Below, in pieces: positions 51,126-60,421 of a stretch of DNA of 64,000 bases. How positions within the stretch are numbered: position 1 is the stretch's first letter; each line of letters begins with the position of its first letter. The notes under the pieces are model-generated. The model was not told the DNA's origin, ran no database searches, and saw nothing but the letters and a program-made list of their open reading frames with translations. The stretch is from Elusimicrobiota bacterium (lineage in GTDB: Bacteria > Elusimicrobiota > Elusimicrobia > Elusimicrobiales > UBA9959), in contig DMXM01000036.1 of NCBI GenBank assembly GCA_003482905.1, positions 117,201 to 181,200 on the forward strand, in the 5' to 3' direction. The position numbers and the translations under genes were made by a program.

Positions 51126-52766
51126 ATGCCAAGCATGGACGCTATTTCGCGCAACTTGATGCTGGACAGCCTCAGGGAGTACGCCAAGCGGCGCATCCCC
51201 TACGACCTGATCCGCGACCTGGACGAAAAGAACGAATTTCCCGCCGAGATCCTTAAAGAAATGTACGACCGCGACACGCTGGGCGTGCACCTGCTGATGA
51301 TCCCCGAGGCGTACGGCGGGGTTTCCGGCGGCACTTACGATATCTACCGCATCTGCGAGGCGCTGGCCCGCATAGACCTGGGCATCGCCACCGGCGTGTT
51401 CGCCACGTTCCTGGGGACGGACCCGCTCAACGTGGGCGGCACGGAGGAACAGAAAGAGAAGTGGCTTAAGCGCATAGCTTCCGAGAACCTGCTGGTGGCC
51501 TACGCCGCCACCGAGCCCGACGCGGGCAGCGACCTGGTGAACCTGCGCACCCGCGCCGAGCACGTGGTTAAGAACGGGCGTATTGCCGGCTATCGCATAA
51601 CCGGCAACAAGCAATGGATCTCCAACGGCGGCGTGGCGGATATGCATACCGTGCTGGCCCTGGCTCCCGGCGGTCCGTCCTGGTTCATAGTCGAAAAGGA
51701 CATGGAAGGTTTCTCGGCCAATAAGCACGAGGACAAGCACGGCATACGCCTTTCCAATACCGCCGGGCTTTCCCTGGACAACGTCTATGTGCCGGCCGAG
51801 AACCTCATAGGCATGGAGGAAGGCAAGGGCCTGCTGCAGGCGCAGGCCGTCTTCGGTTATACCCGCGTGATGGTGGCCGCTTTCGGCCTGGGCGCCGGAG
51901 AAGAGGCCGTGGAGCAGGCCATCCGCTACAGCCAGCAGCGCATACAGGGCGGCGGCCCCCTTTCCGACAAGCAGGGCTATACCCACAAACTTATCGTGCC
52001 CAATTATGTGAAACTCGAAGGGGCCCGGTCCTATATAGAGTACACCGCCCTGCGGCTGGACTCCGGCGAACACGGTCTGCAGACCGAGGGCGCTATAGCC
52101 AAGTATGGGGCCTCCGAATGGGGCAACAAGGCGGCCGACGACGCCATACAGGCGCTGGGCGGCTACGGCTATACCAAGGATTTCCCCGTAGAGAAGATCA
52201 AGCGCGACATCAAGATCACCTGCATCTACGAGGGCACCAGCGAAGTGCTGGAGATGACCATTTACCGCGGCCGCTGGCAGGAACATCTGAAATCGCGCGG
52301 CAGGTACTACCTGGACATGGCTGACCGGCTCGACGAGCTGCACGCCAAAGAGCCGCGCTGCGGCGCGCACGCCTCGGCGCTGGCGCTGCGGGCGCTGGGC
52401 GCGGTAATGGAAGAGTGCCGCTTGCAGAAGCTCACCCGCCACCAGCACGTTACCTTTAAACTGGGCCGCCTTATAGCGGCGGCCGAAACCGCCGCCATCT
52501 TCTCCACCGCCGCCGGCGCCCAGAAGTACGCTGAAACGGTGCGGTTCGACAGGGAAGGCTGGCAGGCCATGGCCAGGGTTTTCGCCCGCGAAGCCGCCCT
52601 TAATACCGCCATGGAAGGCCTGGCGCTGGTGCTGGGCGCGGCCGACAGCGGCAACAGCCTGGCCGACGCCGTCAATATAGAAGCCGTCCAGGCGGAGCAG
52701 AAAGGCATGGTAGCCGACATGGACCTGGTGGCCGCCAAGCTGAAGCAGACGTTCAAGGCGAAATAA
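51126..52766 (+). CDS. Acyl-CoA dehydrogenase with a roughly 160-aa helical C-terminal extension
   Basis: ACAD core (YAATEPDAGSD, QWISNGG, catalytic-base region CIYEGTSEVLE) followed by an extra helical tail. 546 aa, versus about 380 aa for typical ACADs. Confidence 0.9.
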   Translation: MPSMDAISRNLMLDSLREYAKRRIPYDLIRDLDEKNEFPAEILKEMYDRDTLGVHLLMIPEAYGGVSGGTYDIYRICEALARIDLGIATGVFATFLGTDPLNVGGTEEQKEKWLKRIASENLLVAYAATEPDAGSDLVNLRTRAEHVVKNGRIAGYRITGNKQWISNGGVADMHTVLALAPGGPSWFIVEKDMEGFSANKHEDKHGIRLSNTAGLSLDNVYVPAENLIGMEEGKGLLQAQAVFGYTRVMVAAFGLGAGEEAVEQAIRYSQQRIQGGGPLSDKQGYTHKLIVPNYVKLEGARSYIEYTALRLDSGEHGLQTEGAIAKYGASEWGNKAADDAIQALGGYGYTKDFPVEKIKRDIKITCIYEGTSEVLEMTIYRGRWQEHLKSRGRYYLDMADRLDELHAKEPRCGAHASALALRALGAVMEECRLQKLTRHQHVTFKLGRLIAAAETAAIFSTAAGAQKYAETVRFDREGWQAMARVFAREAALNTAMEGLALVLGAADSGNSLADAVNIEAVQAEQKGMVADMDLVAAKLKQTFKAK

Positions 52767-52783
52767 TTTTAAGGAGACCGCGT

Positions 52784-53575
52784 ATGAATATCGTAGTTTG
52801 CGTGAAGCAGGTGCCCGATAGCACCGAAGTGAAGATAAACCCGGAGACCGGCACCCTTATCCGCGCAGGTGTGCCCAGCATCATCAACCCCTACGACCAT
52901 TTCGCCCTGCAGACGGCGCTGGAACTGAAAGCCAAACATGATTTCAAGGTGACTCTCGTTTCCATGGGCCCGCCTCAGGCGAAGAGCGTGGTGCAGATGG
53001 GTATGGCCCTGGGCGCCGACGAGGGCGTTCTTCTTTCCGACATGGCTTTCGCCGGTTCCGATACCTGGGCCACTTCCTACGCGCTGGCCAAGGCCATAAA
53101 GAAGATAGGCAAGGTGGACCTGATATTCGCCGGCATGCAGGCCATAGACGGCGACACCGCCCAGACCGGCCCCGGAGTGGCCCAGCAGCTGGGCATGCCC
53201 CAGATAACCTTCTGCGAGCGTGTGGAAGTGGACGGGCGCCGGATAATAGCCCACAAGCAGATAGACGGCGGGCACGAAGTGGTGGAAGCCCGCCCCCCGG
53301 TGCTACTCACCATGATAATGCACAAGGACTATACGCCCCGTTATCCGTCTTTCCTTTCGGTAAACGCCTCGCTTAAAAAACCTTTCCACACCTGGAACGC
53401 CGCCGACATCGGCGCCGAGCCCCAGTACCTGGGCCTCAAGGGTTCGCCCACGCAGGTGGACAAGATCTATCCTCCGCCGCAGAGGGAAAAGGCCGCCATG
53501 TTCTCCGGCTCCGGCGCGGAGGGGATGGCCAGGATAATGCAGATAATGAAAGCCGAACATTTTCTGGAAGATTAA
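52784..53575 (+). CDS. etfB: Electron transfer flavoprotein beta subunit (bifurcating-type signature)
   Basis: MNIVVCVKQVPD N-terminus. AIDGDTAQTGPGVAQ matches the DGDTAQ[VT]GP motif seen in FAD-binding (bifurcating) EtfB, rather than the AMP-binding type. Confidence 0.9.
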   Translation: MNIVVCVKQVPDSTEVKINPETGTLIRAGVPSIINPYDHFALQTALELKAKHDFKVTLVSMGPPQAKSVVQMGMALGADEGVLLSDMAFAGSDTWATSYALAKAIKKIGKVDLIFAGMQAIDGDTAQTGPGVAQQLGMPQITFCERVEVDGRRIIAHKQIDGGHEVVEARPPVLLTMIMHKDYTPRYPSFLSVNASLKKPFHTWNAADIGAEPQYLGLKGSPTQVDKIYPPPQREKAAMFSGSGAEGMARIMQIMKAEHFLED

Positions 53576-53610
53576 CTTCGGTAAAACGATTTAAACAACA
53601 GGAGAATACG

Positions 53611-54810
53611 ATGATAGAGGTTTCTAAAAAATGCATAGGCTGCAACAAGTGCGTGCCGGTCTGCCCTTTCGCCGCCATCAGCATGATAGATAAGAAAGCC
53701 GTGATGAACGAGGCCTGCACGCTCTGCGGCGTCTGCGTGCAGATCTGCCCGGTGCAGGCCATAACGATCACCCGGGAGGAAGCCTCGGCCAGGGACCTCT
53801 CCGGCCACAGGGGCGTCTGGGTCTACGTTGAACTCACCGAAACGGGAGAGAAGACGCAGGTTAAAAAGATAAAACAGGTAGCCCTCGAGCTGCTGGGCGC
53901 GGGGCGGCGCCTCGCAGACGAACTGGGCGAGGACCTTTGCGCCGTGCTGCTGGCCGACAAGAACCATAATTACGAAAAAGAGCTCGGCGCCTACGGGGCC
54001 GACAAGGTCTACATGGTGGAGCACGACGAGCTGTTTGAATACAACACGGACATATTTTCTACGGTGATAGTCTCCCTGGTGACCCGCCACAAACCCTCCA
54101 TTATGCTCTACGGGGCCACCATACAAGGCCGCGACCTCGCGCCGCGCGTTGCCTCCACGCTTTACGTGGGCCTTACGGCCGACTGCACCGCGCTTGCCAT
54201 AAAGAACGGCCTGCTGCTGCAGTCCCGCCCGGCTTTCGGCGGCAATATCATGGCCGACATCCTGGCCCCCAATTCCAGGCCGCAGATGTCCACCGTGCGC
54301 CCCAACGTGATGAAGATGGCGGAGCCCGTGCACGGCCGTTCGGCTTTGGTCGTGCGCGAGTCCGCCAAGCTCGATCCCAGCCTGCGCCGCGTAAAAGTGC
54401 TCGAGCGCATGATCGCCCACGACGCCGGCGCGGTAAAGATAGAGACCGCCAAGGTGATAGTGTCCGGCGGGCGCGGCATGAAGACCAGGGAAAGATTCAG
54501 GCAGCTGGAAGAGCTGTCCAAACTGCTCGGCGGCGTTGTGGGGGCCTCGCGCGCGGCCGTGGACCTTGGCTTCAAGGACAAGACTCACCAGGTGGGCCAG
54601 AGCGGCACTACCGTTTCCCCGAAGCTCTACCTTTCGTTCGGCATCTCGGGCGCGGTGCAGCATATAGTGGGCATGAAGGCCTCCGACGTCATAGTGGCCG
54701 TCAATAAGGATCCCAACGCTCCCATCTTCAACGTGGCCAAGTATGGGATAGTCGGTGACGCGCACGAGATAGTGCCAAAGCTGATAGAGGCCTTAAAAAA
54801 GGGAAAGTGA
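53611..54810 (+). CDS. etfA: Electron transfer flavoprotein alpha subunit with an N-terminal 2x[4Fe-4S] ferredoxin domain
   Basis: CIGCNKCVPVCP and CTLCGVCVQICP cluster motifs in the first 60 aa, then the EtfA core (VSGGRGM, GASRAAVD, QVGQSG, AVNKDPNAPIF). Confidence 0.9.
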   Translation: MIEVSKKCIGCNKCVPVCPFAAISMIDKKAVMNEACTLCGVCVQICPVQAITITREEASARDLSGHRGVWVYVELTETGEKTQVKKIKQVALELLGAGRRLADELGEDLCAVLLADKNHNYEKELGAYGADKVYMVEHDELFEYNTDIFSTVIVSLVTRHKPSIMLYGATIQGRDLAPRVASTLYVGLTADCTALAIKNGLLLQSRPAFGGNIMADILAPNSRPQMSTVRPNVMKMAEPVHGRSALVVRESAKLDPSLRRVKVLERMIAHDAGAVKIETAKVIVSGGRGMKTRERFRQLEELSKLLGGVVGASRAAVDLGFKDKTHQVGQSGTTVSPKLYLSFGISGAVQHIVGMKASDVIVAVNKDPNAPIFNVAKYGIVGDAHEIVPKLIEALKKGK

Positions 54811-56825
54811 CCTTACTCAACCGCCTTTTGATTATCGTATTCGGGGCCGGGCTTATCCCGATAGTCCCGGCCGGCGTCTTTTTATTCTATTTTCAGTCGC
54901 GCGCCAAGGATGATATCGAAAGCCTCCAGCGCAACGTGTCTCAAATGGGGGCGCTGATGATGGAGCGGGAGGCGCGGGACCTTTCCCGCCGCTTCGAACG
55001 GATGTGGGATACCGACGCCTCCTATGTGAGCCATAAGGGGCTTGAGCGCGCGCTTAAGAATAATCCGGAATTCCTTTACCTGGCTTTTACCGGGGCCGAC
55101 GGCCGCGAGGCGCTGAGCGGGGGAGCCCCGGAGATCAAGCGCTACCTTGGATATCTGGACCTGGCGGGGGACACGCTTTTTCTGAAGGCCTCCCGCGACG
55201 GGCGCGCCGCGCTGGGGCGCTTCGAGATGGTCTTTGATATGCCCCTCTGCCGGCTGGTCTACCCCATAGGTGGCGGGTATTACGCTTTTGCCGTGGTGAA
55301 CCTGCGCGACCTTTTCGAGAAGTTGCGCTCCCAGCGGCTGGGGGCTACAGGCGGCCTGCTGCTCACCGACGCCGAGGGCAACGCCCTGCCGCTCTCCGGG
55401 GCCTTCGAGGAATTCGACGGCGCCGAAGTGCGCGATATCCTGGGCCGGGGCCAGTCCTTTGAGATAACGGGCAAAAAGGGAGCCTATATCGGCGCGGCGG
55501 CGCGGGTGCGCGGGCTGGACCTTTTTGTAATCGCCCTGGAGGACCGCGCCGAGGCTTTCTCCGGCGTGAACCGCATAACCTGGCTGATGGCCTTTTTCCT
55601 GCTGGCGGTGGCCACCGTCTTCTATTTCTCCGCCCTTCTTTTTACCCGCCGGCTGGGTGTGCCGGTGGAGGCGCTGATGGCCGGCGCGGCGAGGGTCTCC
55701 GGGGGGGAGTTCAGGCTCCCCGTGGACGAAGAGACGGAGTTCGCGGAACTTTCGGCCCTGCTGCGCGCCTTCAATTTCATGATGCGGGAAGTGGACCGCT
55801 ACCACGGCATACAGGTGGAAAAAGTTTTAGAGGAAAAACAGAAGCTGGAACTCCTGGTCAGCCTTATCCACGACGCCATTATACTGTGCGACCTGCGGGG
55901 GGAGCTGCTTTATGCCAACGCCGCCGCCAAAGCGCTGCTGGGCGGCGGGGACGTAGTCCCCGGCGAGAACGAGGCGCTGCGCCGCCGCATAACCGGCCTG
56001 ATCCGCAAGAAGTCCCTTTCAAGAAGCGGCGTGGTGGAGCTGGAAGCGGGCGGCGATAAGAAGTTTTACAGGGCCAGTATCCAGACGCTCCTGGCCAAGA
56101 CCCAGGACCCCGCCGTCTTCATGGTGCTGCGCGATATAACCCTGGAAAGGAAGATGCAGGCCATGAAAGAAGAGTTCTTCCATTCGGTGGCGCACGACCT
56201 GCGGGCCCCGCTGCTGACCATGCAGGGCTACATCAAACTGCTGGAAAAAGAGTTTCAGCCCGAAGCCAGGCAGGCCGGCTACGTCCGCAACGTGAAAGAC
56301 TCCAGCGACAGGCTTTTCAAGCTGCTTGAAAATATCCTCGATATCTCCCGCATGGAGGCCGGCCAGCTTAAGCCCGACCTTAAGCCGGTAAACGCGGGGG
56401 AGTTCTTCGCTTCGGCCGCTGAAAGTTTCCGGCCCCTCTTTGAAGAGAAGGGCGTGGCCCTCGCGATAGAGACCGCGGGCGCCGGCGGCAAGGCGTTCTC
56501 CGCCGATTCGTCGCTGCTGCGCAGGGTCATAGAGAACCTTGTTTCCAACGCCCTGAAATTCACCCCGCGGGGGGGGAAGGTGACGGCCTCGGTAAGGGCT
56601 GAGAATGGCGGCCTGGTCTTTACGGTCGCCGACACCGGGCCGGGCATCCCGCCGGACCAGCTTGAGGCGGTCTTTGAAAGATACAAACAGCTTAAACCGG
56701 GCGGGGAAGAGGGCGGCTTCGGCCTGGGCCTGGCCATCTCCCGCAAAATAGTGGAACTCCACGGCGGCCGCATCTGGGCGGAGTCCGTGCCGGGAGGTAA
56801 GTTCTCGGTGCAGTTTCCGGCGTAA
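54807..56825 (+). CDS. Sensor histidine kinase (periplasmic Cache-like domain, HAMP, PAS, HisKA, HATPase_c)
   Basis: 672 aa. Two TM helices flank an extracytoplasmic domain. H-box FFHSVAHDLRAPL, then NLVSNALKFT, DTGPGI and GFGLGLAISR. The GTG start overlaps the etfA stop (GTGA). Confidence 0.85.
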   Translation: MTLLNRLLIIVFGAGLIPIVPAGVFLFYFQSRAKDDIESLQRNVSQMGALMMEREARDLSRRFERMWDTDASYVSHKGLERALKNNPEFLYLAFTGADGREALSGGAPEIKRYLGYLDLAGDTLFLKASRDGRAALGRFEMVFDMPLCRLVYPIGGGYYAFAVVNLRDLFEKLRSQRLGATGGLLLTDAEGNALPLSGAFEEFDGAEVRDILGRGQSFEITGKKGAYIGAAARVRGLDLFVIALEDRAEAFSGVNRITWLMAFFLLAVATVFYFSALLFTRRLGVPVEALMAGAARVSGGEFRLPVDEETEFAELSALLRAFNFMMREVDRYHGIQVEKVLEEKQKLELLVSLIHDAIILCDLRGELLYANAAAKALLGGGDVVPGENEALRRRITGLIRKKSLSRSGVVELEAGGDKKFYRASIQTLLAKTQDPAVFMVLRDITLERKMQAMKEEFFHSVAHDLRAPLLTMQGYIKLLEKEFQPEARQAGYVRNVKDSSDRLFKLLENILDISRMEAGQLKPDLKPVNAGEFFASAAESFRPLFEEKGVALAIETAGAGGKAFSADSSLLRRVIENLVSNALKFTPRGGKVTASVRAENGGLVFTVADTGPGIPPDQLEAVFERYKQLKPGGEEGGFGLGLAISRKIVELHGGRIWAESVPGGKFSVQFPA

Positions 56826-56874
56826 GGACATAGGGATAAAGGTCATTGAACGGTAAGGGGATTCTGGACATAAT

Positions 56875-59088
56875 ATGGCAAACAAAACAAAGAGCGCTGT
56901 TTCCGGCAACAAGAGGCTTTATATAGGGATATCCTTGTTCTCCCTGTTGTGGCTCATTTTCTCGGTTCCGTTCGAGGCCACTAAGCGGCTGGATTACAGT
57001 TGGGGGCATTTTGTTCTTAATCTCCCGTCCATGCTTAACACCGTAGCCAAGGTGGTTTCCGACCAGAATGATCCGGAGGACCCTTTTGGCAACTCCTATT
57101 CTTTTGGCAAGTACATAACCAAGCCGGCTCATCCGAAGGTGTCCATAATCGCTATCGACGAGCTTTCACTGGAGGAATATGGCTGGCCGGTGCCGCGGAG
57201 CTATTACGGGAACCTGGTAGAACAGCTGGAAAAATACGGCGTTAAAGGCATTTTCTTCGACATCATTGTTTCTAAAAGCAAGCGCGATAAAGATTCCGAC
57301 AACAGGCGTTTTGTCGAAGCTGTGGCTAAAGCCGGAAATGTGGGAAATCTGGTCTTTAGAGACCCGAACACGAAAAGAATTATATACCCGGTCAAGGGCC
57401 TTGCCAAGGCCAGCGCCATTATGGGCCAGCCGCATGTCGAGGCGCTCATGGACTCGGACGGACAGGTAAGGCGCTATATGCCTTTCTGGGGGGGGCCAGT
57501 ATATCAGTTCCCCCTGATATTTTCGGACGTTAAGTTCATTACATACGGAGAGACCGAACTTAAAGACACGCTGATCGGGAAAGAGTTCCCTGGTCTCCCG
57601 GTACCATCGATAGGTATAGGCGCCTATTCTTTTTATTCCGGCAAGCATCTTTCCCAGCTGTTCCTGGAATACAGCGATGGGAAAATACTGAACTATCGCA
57701 ACTTCGTGGCGCGCAAGAAACACCCGGCCTGGGATACCGACAAGGACAGGGAAACGTTGTCCAGTTTTAGGCACATATCTTTTGCCGACATTCTGAGCGG
57801 GCGTTTGACTGAGGAGGAAAAGGAGGCATTAAAAGGCGGCATAGCCCTGGTGGGCGCTACTGCGATGGGGGCTTATGACCATTGTCCCAGCCCTTTCGCC
57901 CAGCAGCTGCCCGGGGTGGAGGTGCACGCCACTTTCCTGGATAACGTCATCTCCGGGGACTTCCGTGAAACCATCTCTTATGCCTGGATTTCTCTGCTGA
58001 TATTGATCCTCCCATGGCTGCCGGTCATCCTGCGGCGTTATTCACTCGCCATACTGGTAGTTGTTTGTTCGAGCGTGCTGCTGGGCCTCTCTATGGTCTA
58101 CGTTCTGCTGCTTGCGAACTGCCTTATGATGCCCTTTCCCAGCATAGCGCTGGCGTTATTCCTGCCTTTCGCCTATATCACGGTGGACAAGGGGCTTATG
58201 GAAGGCCGGGAGAAGAAGTGGATAAAGAACACATTCGGGCAGTACCTGTCGCCCAAGGTGGTGGAACTCATCACCAAGGACCCAGCCAGGCTTTCCCTGG
58301 GCGGCGAGAAACGCGAAATGACGGCTTTCTTCCTGGACATAGCCGGCTTCACTACGATGTCGGAAAAAATGACGCCAGAGGAACTGACCTCGATGCTCAA
58401 CGAGTATCTGTCCGGTCTTACCGACATCATCCTGAAGCACGACGGGGTCGTAGATAAATATATCGGCGACTGCATCATGGCTTTCTGGAACGCCCCGCTG
58501 GACCAGAAAGATCACCGCAGGCTGGCTTGTCTTGCGGCCGTGGACTGCCAGGCCGAGATGGCCCGCCTGAACGAGAAGCTTACGCAGTACGCCATAAAAC
58601 CCTCCTGCCGCGTGGGCCTTAATTCCGGCCCGATGGTAGTAGGCAACATGGGTTCCAAGACCAGGCTATCCTACACCGTCATGGGGGACTCCGTTAACCT
58701 GGCTTCCCGCCTTGAGGGCGCCAATAAGTTCTTCCATTCCCAGATCATGGCCAGCGGGGAGACTTTTGATGAATCGAAGGACCTTTTCGATCACCGCTTC
58801 CTCGGCAGCATCCGCGTGGTAGGCAAGGCCATCCCGGTAAAGGTTTACGAGCCTTTCGCCCGCAAGGGCGCCGCGGGCCCGGAGGTAACGGCCATGTTGA
58901 AGTCTTACGGGGCGGGCACGGAAAAGTTCTACGCCGGCAAATATGCCCAGGCCGCCAAGGACTTCAAGGCGGCGCTGAAAGCGCGCCCCTCCGACGGTCC
59001 CTCGCAGTTCTATCTGGAGCTGGCCGAGAAGTACGAGAAAGAGGCGCCTAAGGACTGGGACGGCTCTTTCAACCTGACGTCAAAGTAG
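56875..59088 (+). CDS. CHASE2-domain membrane adenylate cyclase (class III)
   Basis: 737 aa. N-terminal TM helix plus extracytoplasmic CHASE2-like domain, three or more TM helices, then the cyclase domain with metal-binding Asp residues (FFLDIAGFT, YIGDCIMAFW), a Lys/Thr substrate pair (DKYIGD, YTVMGDSVNLASRLE) and a C-terminal TPR-like tail. Confidence 0.85.
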   Translation: MANKTKSAVSGNKRLYIGISLFSLLWLIFSVPFEATKRLDYSWGHFVLNLPSMLNTVAKVVSDQNDPEDPFGNSYSFGKYITKPAHPKVSIIAIDELSLEEYGWPVPRSYYGNLVEQLEKYGVKGIFFDIIVSKSKRDKDSDNRRFVEAVAKAGNVGNLVFRDPNTKRIIYPVKGLAKASAIMGQPHVEALMDSDGQVRRYMPFWGGPVYQFPLIFSDVKFITYGETELKDTLIGKEFPGLPVPSIGIGAYSFYSGKHLSQLFLEYSDGKILNYRNFVARKKHPAWDTDKDRETLSSFRHISFADILSGRLTEEEKEALKGGIALVGATAMGAYDHCPSPFAQQLPGVEVHATFLDNVISGDFRETISYAWISLLILILPWLPVILRRYSLAILVVVCSSVLLGLSMVYVLLLANCLMMPFPSIALALFLPFAYITVDKGLMEGREKKWIKNTFGQYLSPKVVELITKDPARLSLGGEKREMTAFFLDIAGFTTMSEKMTPEELTSMLNEYLSGLTDIILKHDGVVDKYIGDCIMAFWNAPLDQKDHRRLACLAAVDCQAEMARLNEKLTQYAIKPSCRVGLNSGPMVVGNMGSKTRLSYTVMGDSVNLASRLEGANKFFHSQIMASGETFDESKDLFDHRFLGSIRVVGKAIPVKVYEPFARKGAAGPEVTAMLKSYGAGTEKFYAGKYAQAAKDFKAALKARPSDGPSQFYLELAEKYEKEAPKDWDGSFNLTSK

Positions 59089-59094
59089 AGGACT

Positions 59095-59808
59095 ATGATA
59101 ATATTCTGGAGACTTCTCCTCGCGCACCTGCTGGCGGACTTCACCCTGCAGTTCGACGTGGTCAACCGCCTGAAGCGCAACCACCTGTGGGGCATGCTGC
59201 TGCACTGCCTGACCCACCTGGCAGTGGCCGCGGCGCTGCTCTGGCCCTATCTTCCCCAGACCTGGGTGACGCTGGGGCCGGTCGGCATTAACGGCTGGTG
59301 GGCGCTGGCGATCATGCTGGCGCTGCACTTCGCGGTGGACCAGCTGCGCGTATACAGCATGCGCACCATGGGCTATCACGACGGCACCGTAAGTTTCCTG
59401 GCGGACCAGCTGCTGCACGTGTACGTGCTGTTCATGATCTCCCCGGTGGCTATCCCGTCCCGGGACATGCTGCTGGCGGAAAAGTGGATAGGCATAGCCT
59501 GCATGCTGGTGCTGGTGACGCACTTCACCACGGTGCTGGTCTATTTCGTGGAAAAGGACCTGCTGGGCAAGGCCTTCCCGCGTTTCGACGAGAAATATTT
59601 CCTTATCTTCGAGCGCGTCGTGCTCTGGGCCTTCTTTTTTGTCGGCGGATACTGGTGGGTCCCTTTCGCGCTGGCCTGGGTGATCCAGATAATTTACGTG
59701 AAAAAGAAGCGGATCATAGACCTGTCCCCGGTGAACGTGGCGCTGAGCGTGGGCGTCACCGCGGCGCTGGGGCTGTGGACCAGGTATATTTACTACGGGG
59801 CGCTGTAA
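59095..59808 (+). CDS. DUF3307-family integral membrane protein
   Basis: 237 aa, polytopic. The N-terminus FWRLLLAHLLADFTLQ is characteristic of DUF3307. Confidence 0.55.
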   Translation: MIIFWRLLLAHLLADFTLQFDVVNRLKRNHLWGMLLHCLTHLAVAAALLWPYLPQTWVTLGPVGINGWWALAIMLALHFAVDQLRVYSMRTMGYHDGTVSFLADQLLHVYVLFMISPVAIPSRDMLLAEKWIGIACMLVLVTHFTTVLVYFVEKDLLGKAFPRFDEKYFLIFERVVLWAFFFVGGYWWVPFALAWVIQIIYVKKKRIIDLSPVNVALSVGVTAALGLWTRYIYYGAL

Positions 59809-59830
59809 CCGGCGCGTATATAAGGCCTTC

Positions 59831-60421
59831 ATGGACGTTACCGGAAAATTAAAGATCGACGACGCGGTCTTCACTTTTATAGACGTGGAAACTACCGGGC
59901 TTTCGCCCAGGTCCGCCCGCGTCTGCGAGGTGGCGGCCATAAGCTTCCGCGGAAGCGACAGGGTGGCCACGCTGGCCGAGCTGGTGAACCCCGGCGCGCC
60001 CATCCCGGACGCGGTTTCAAAGATCCACGGCATCACCGACGAGATGGTCAAAGACAGTCCGTCCTTCGGCGGCGTGGCCCCGCGGCTGCTGGCTATGCTG
60101 GAGAATTCCGTGGTGGTAGCGCACAACGCCCAGTTCGACGTCGCCTTCCTCTCGGCGGAAATGGAGAGGGTGGGGCTTAAATTCCCGAAGCTCTACGTAG
60201 TGGATACCCTGGCCATAGCCAGGAAGAACTGGAAATTCCAGAGCAACCGCCTTGCCAAGATAGCGGCGGAGCTTAATATTTCCAGCGAGGGCTGGCACCG
60301 GGCTTTGGCCGACGTGGAGATGACCAGGAAGATCTTTGAGCATTTCATAAGCGCCTTCAAGTCCGCCGGAGCGGTAACGGTGGCGGACCTGGTGAGCAAG
60401 AGCGGAGGAAAAACATCATGA
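59831..60421 (+). CDS. DnaQ/epsilon-like DEDDh 3'-5' exonuclease (stand-alone)
   Basis: 196 aa. ExoI FIDVETTGL, ExoII VVAHNAQFDVAFL, ExoIII HRALADVEM. Confidence 0.85.
   Translation: MDVTGKLKIDDAVFTFIDVETTGLSPRSARVCEVAAISFRGSDRVATLAELVNPGAPIPDAVSKIHGITDEMVKDSPSFGGVAPRLLAMLENSVVVAHNAQFDVAFLSAEMERVGLKFPKLYVVDTLAIARKNWKFQSNRLAKIAAELNISSEGWHRALADVEMTRKIFEHFISAFKSAGAVTVADLVSKSGGKTS

Noticed and set aside
56875-60421. The cyclase plus neighbouring genes as a CBASS- or Pycsar-type antiphage system
   Set aside because: The cyclase is a large CHASE2 membrane sensor of the ordinary class III signalling type with a Lys/Thr adenylate-type substrate pair. There is no cNMP-binding effector, TIR, patatin, endonuclease or pore-forming effector next to it. 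The architecture does not fit those systems.
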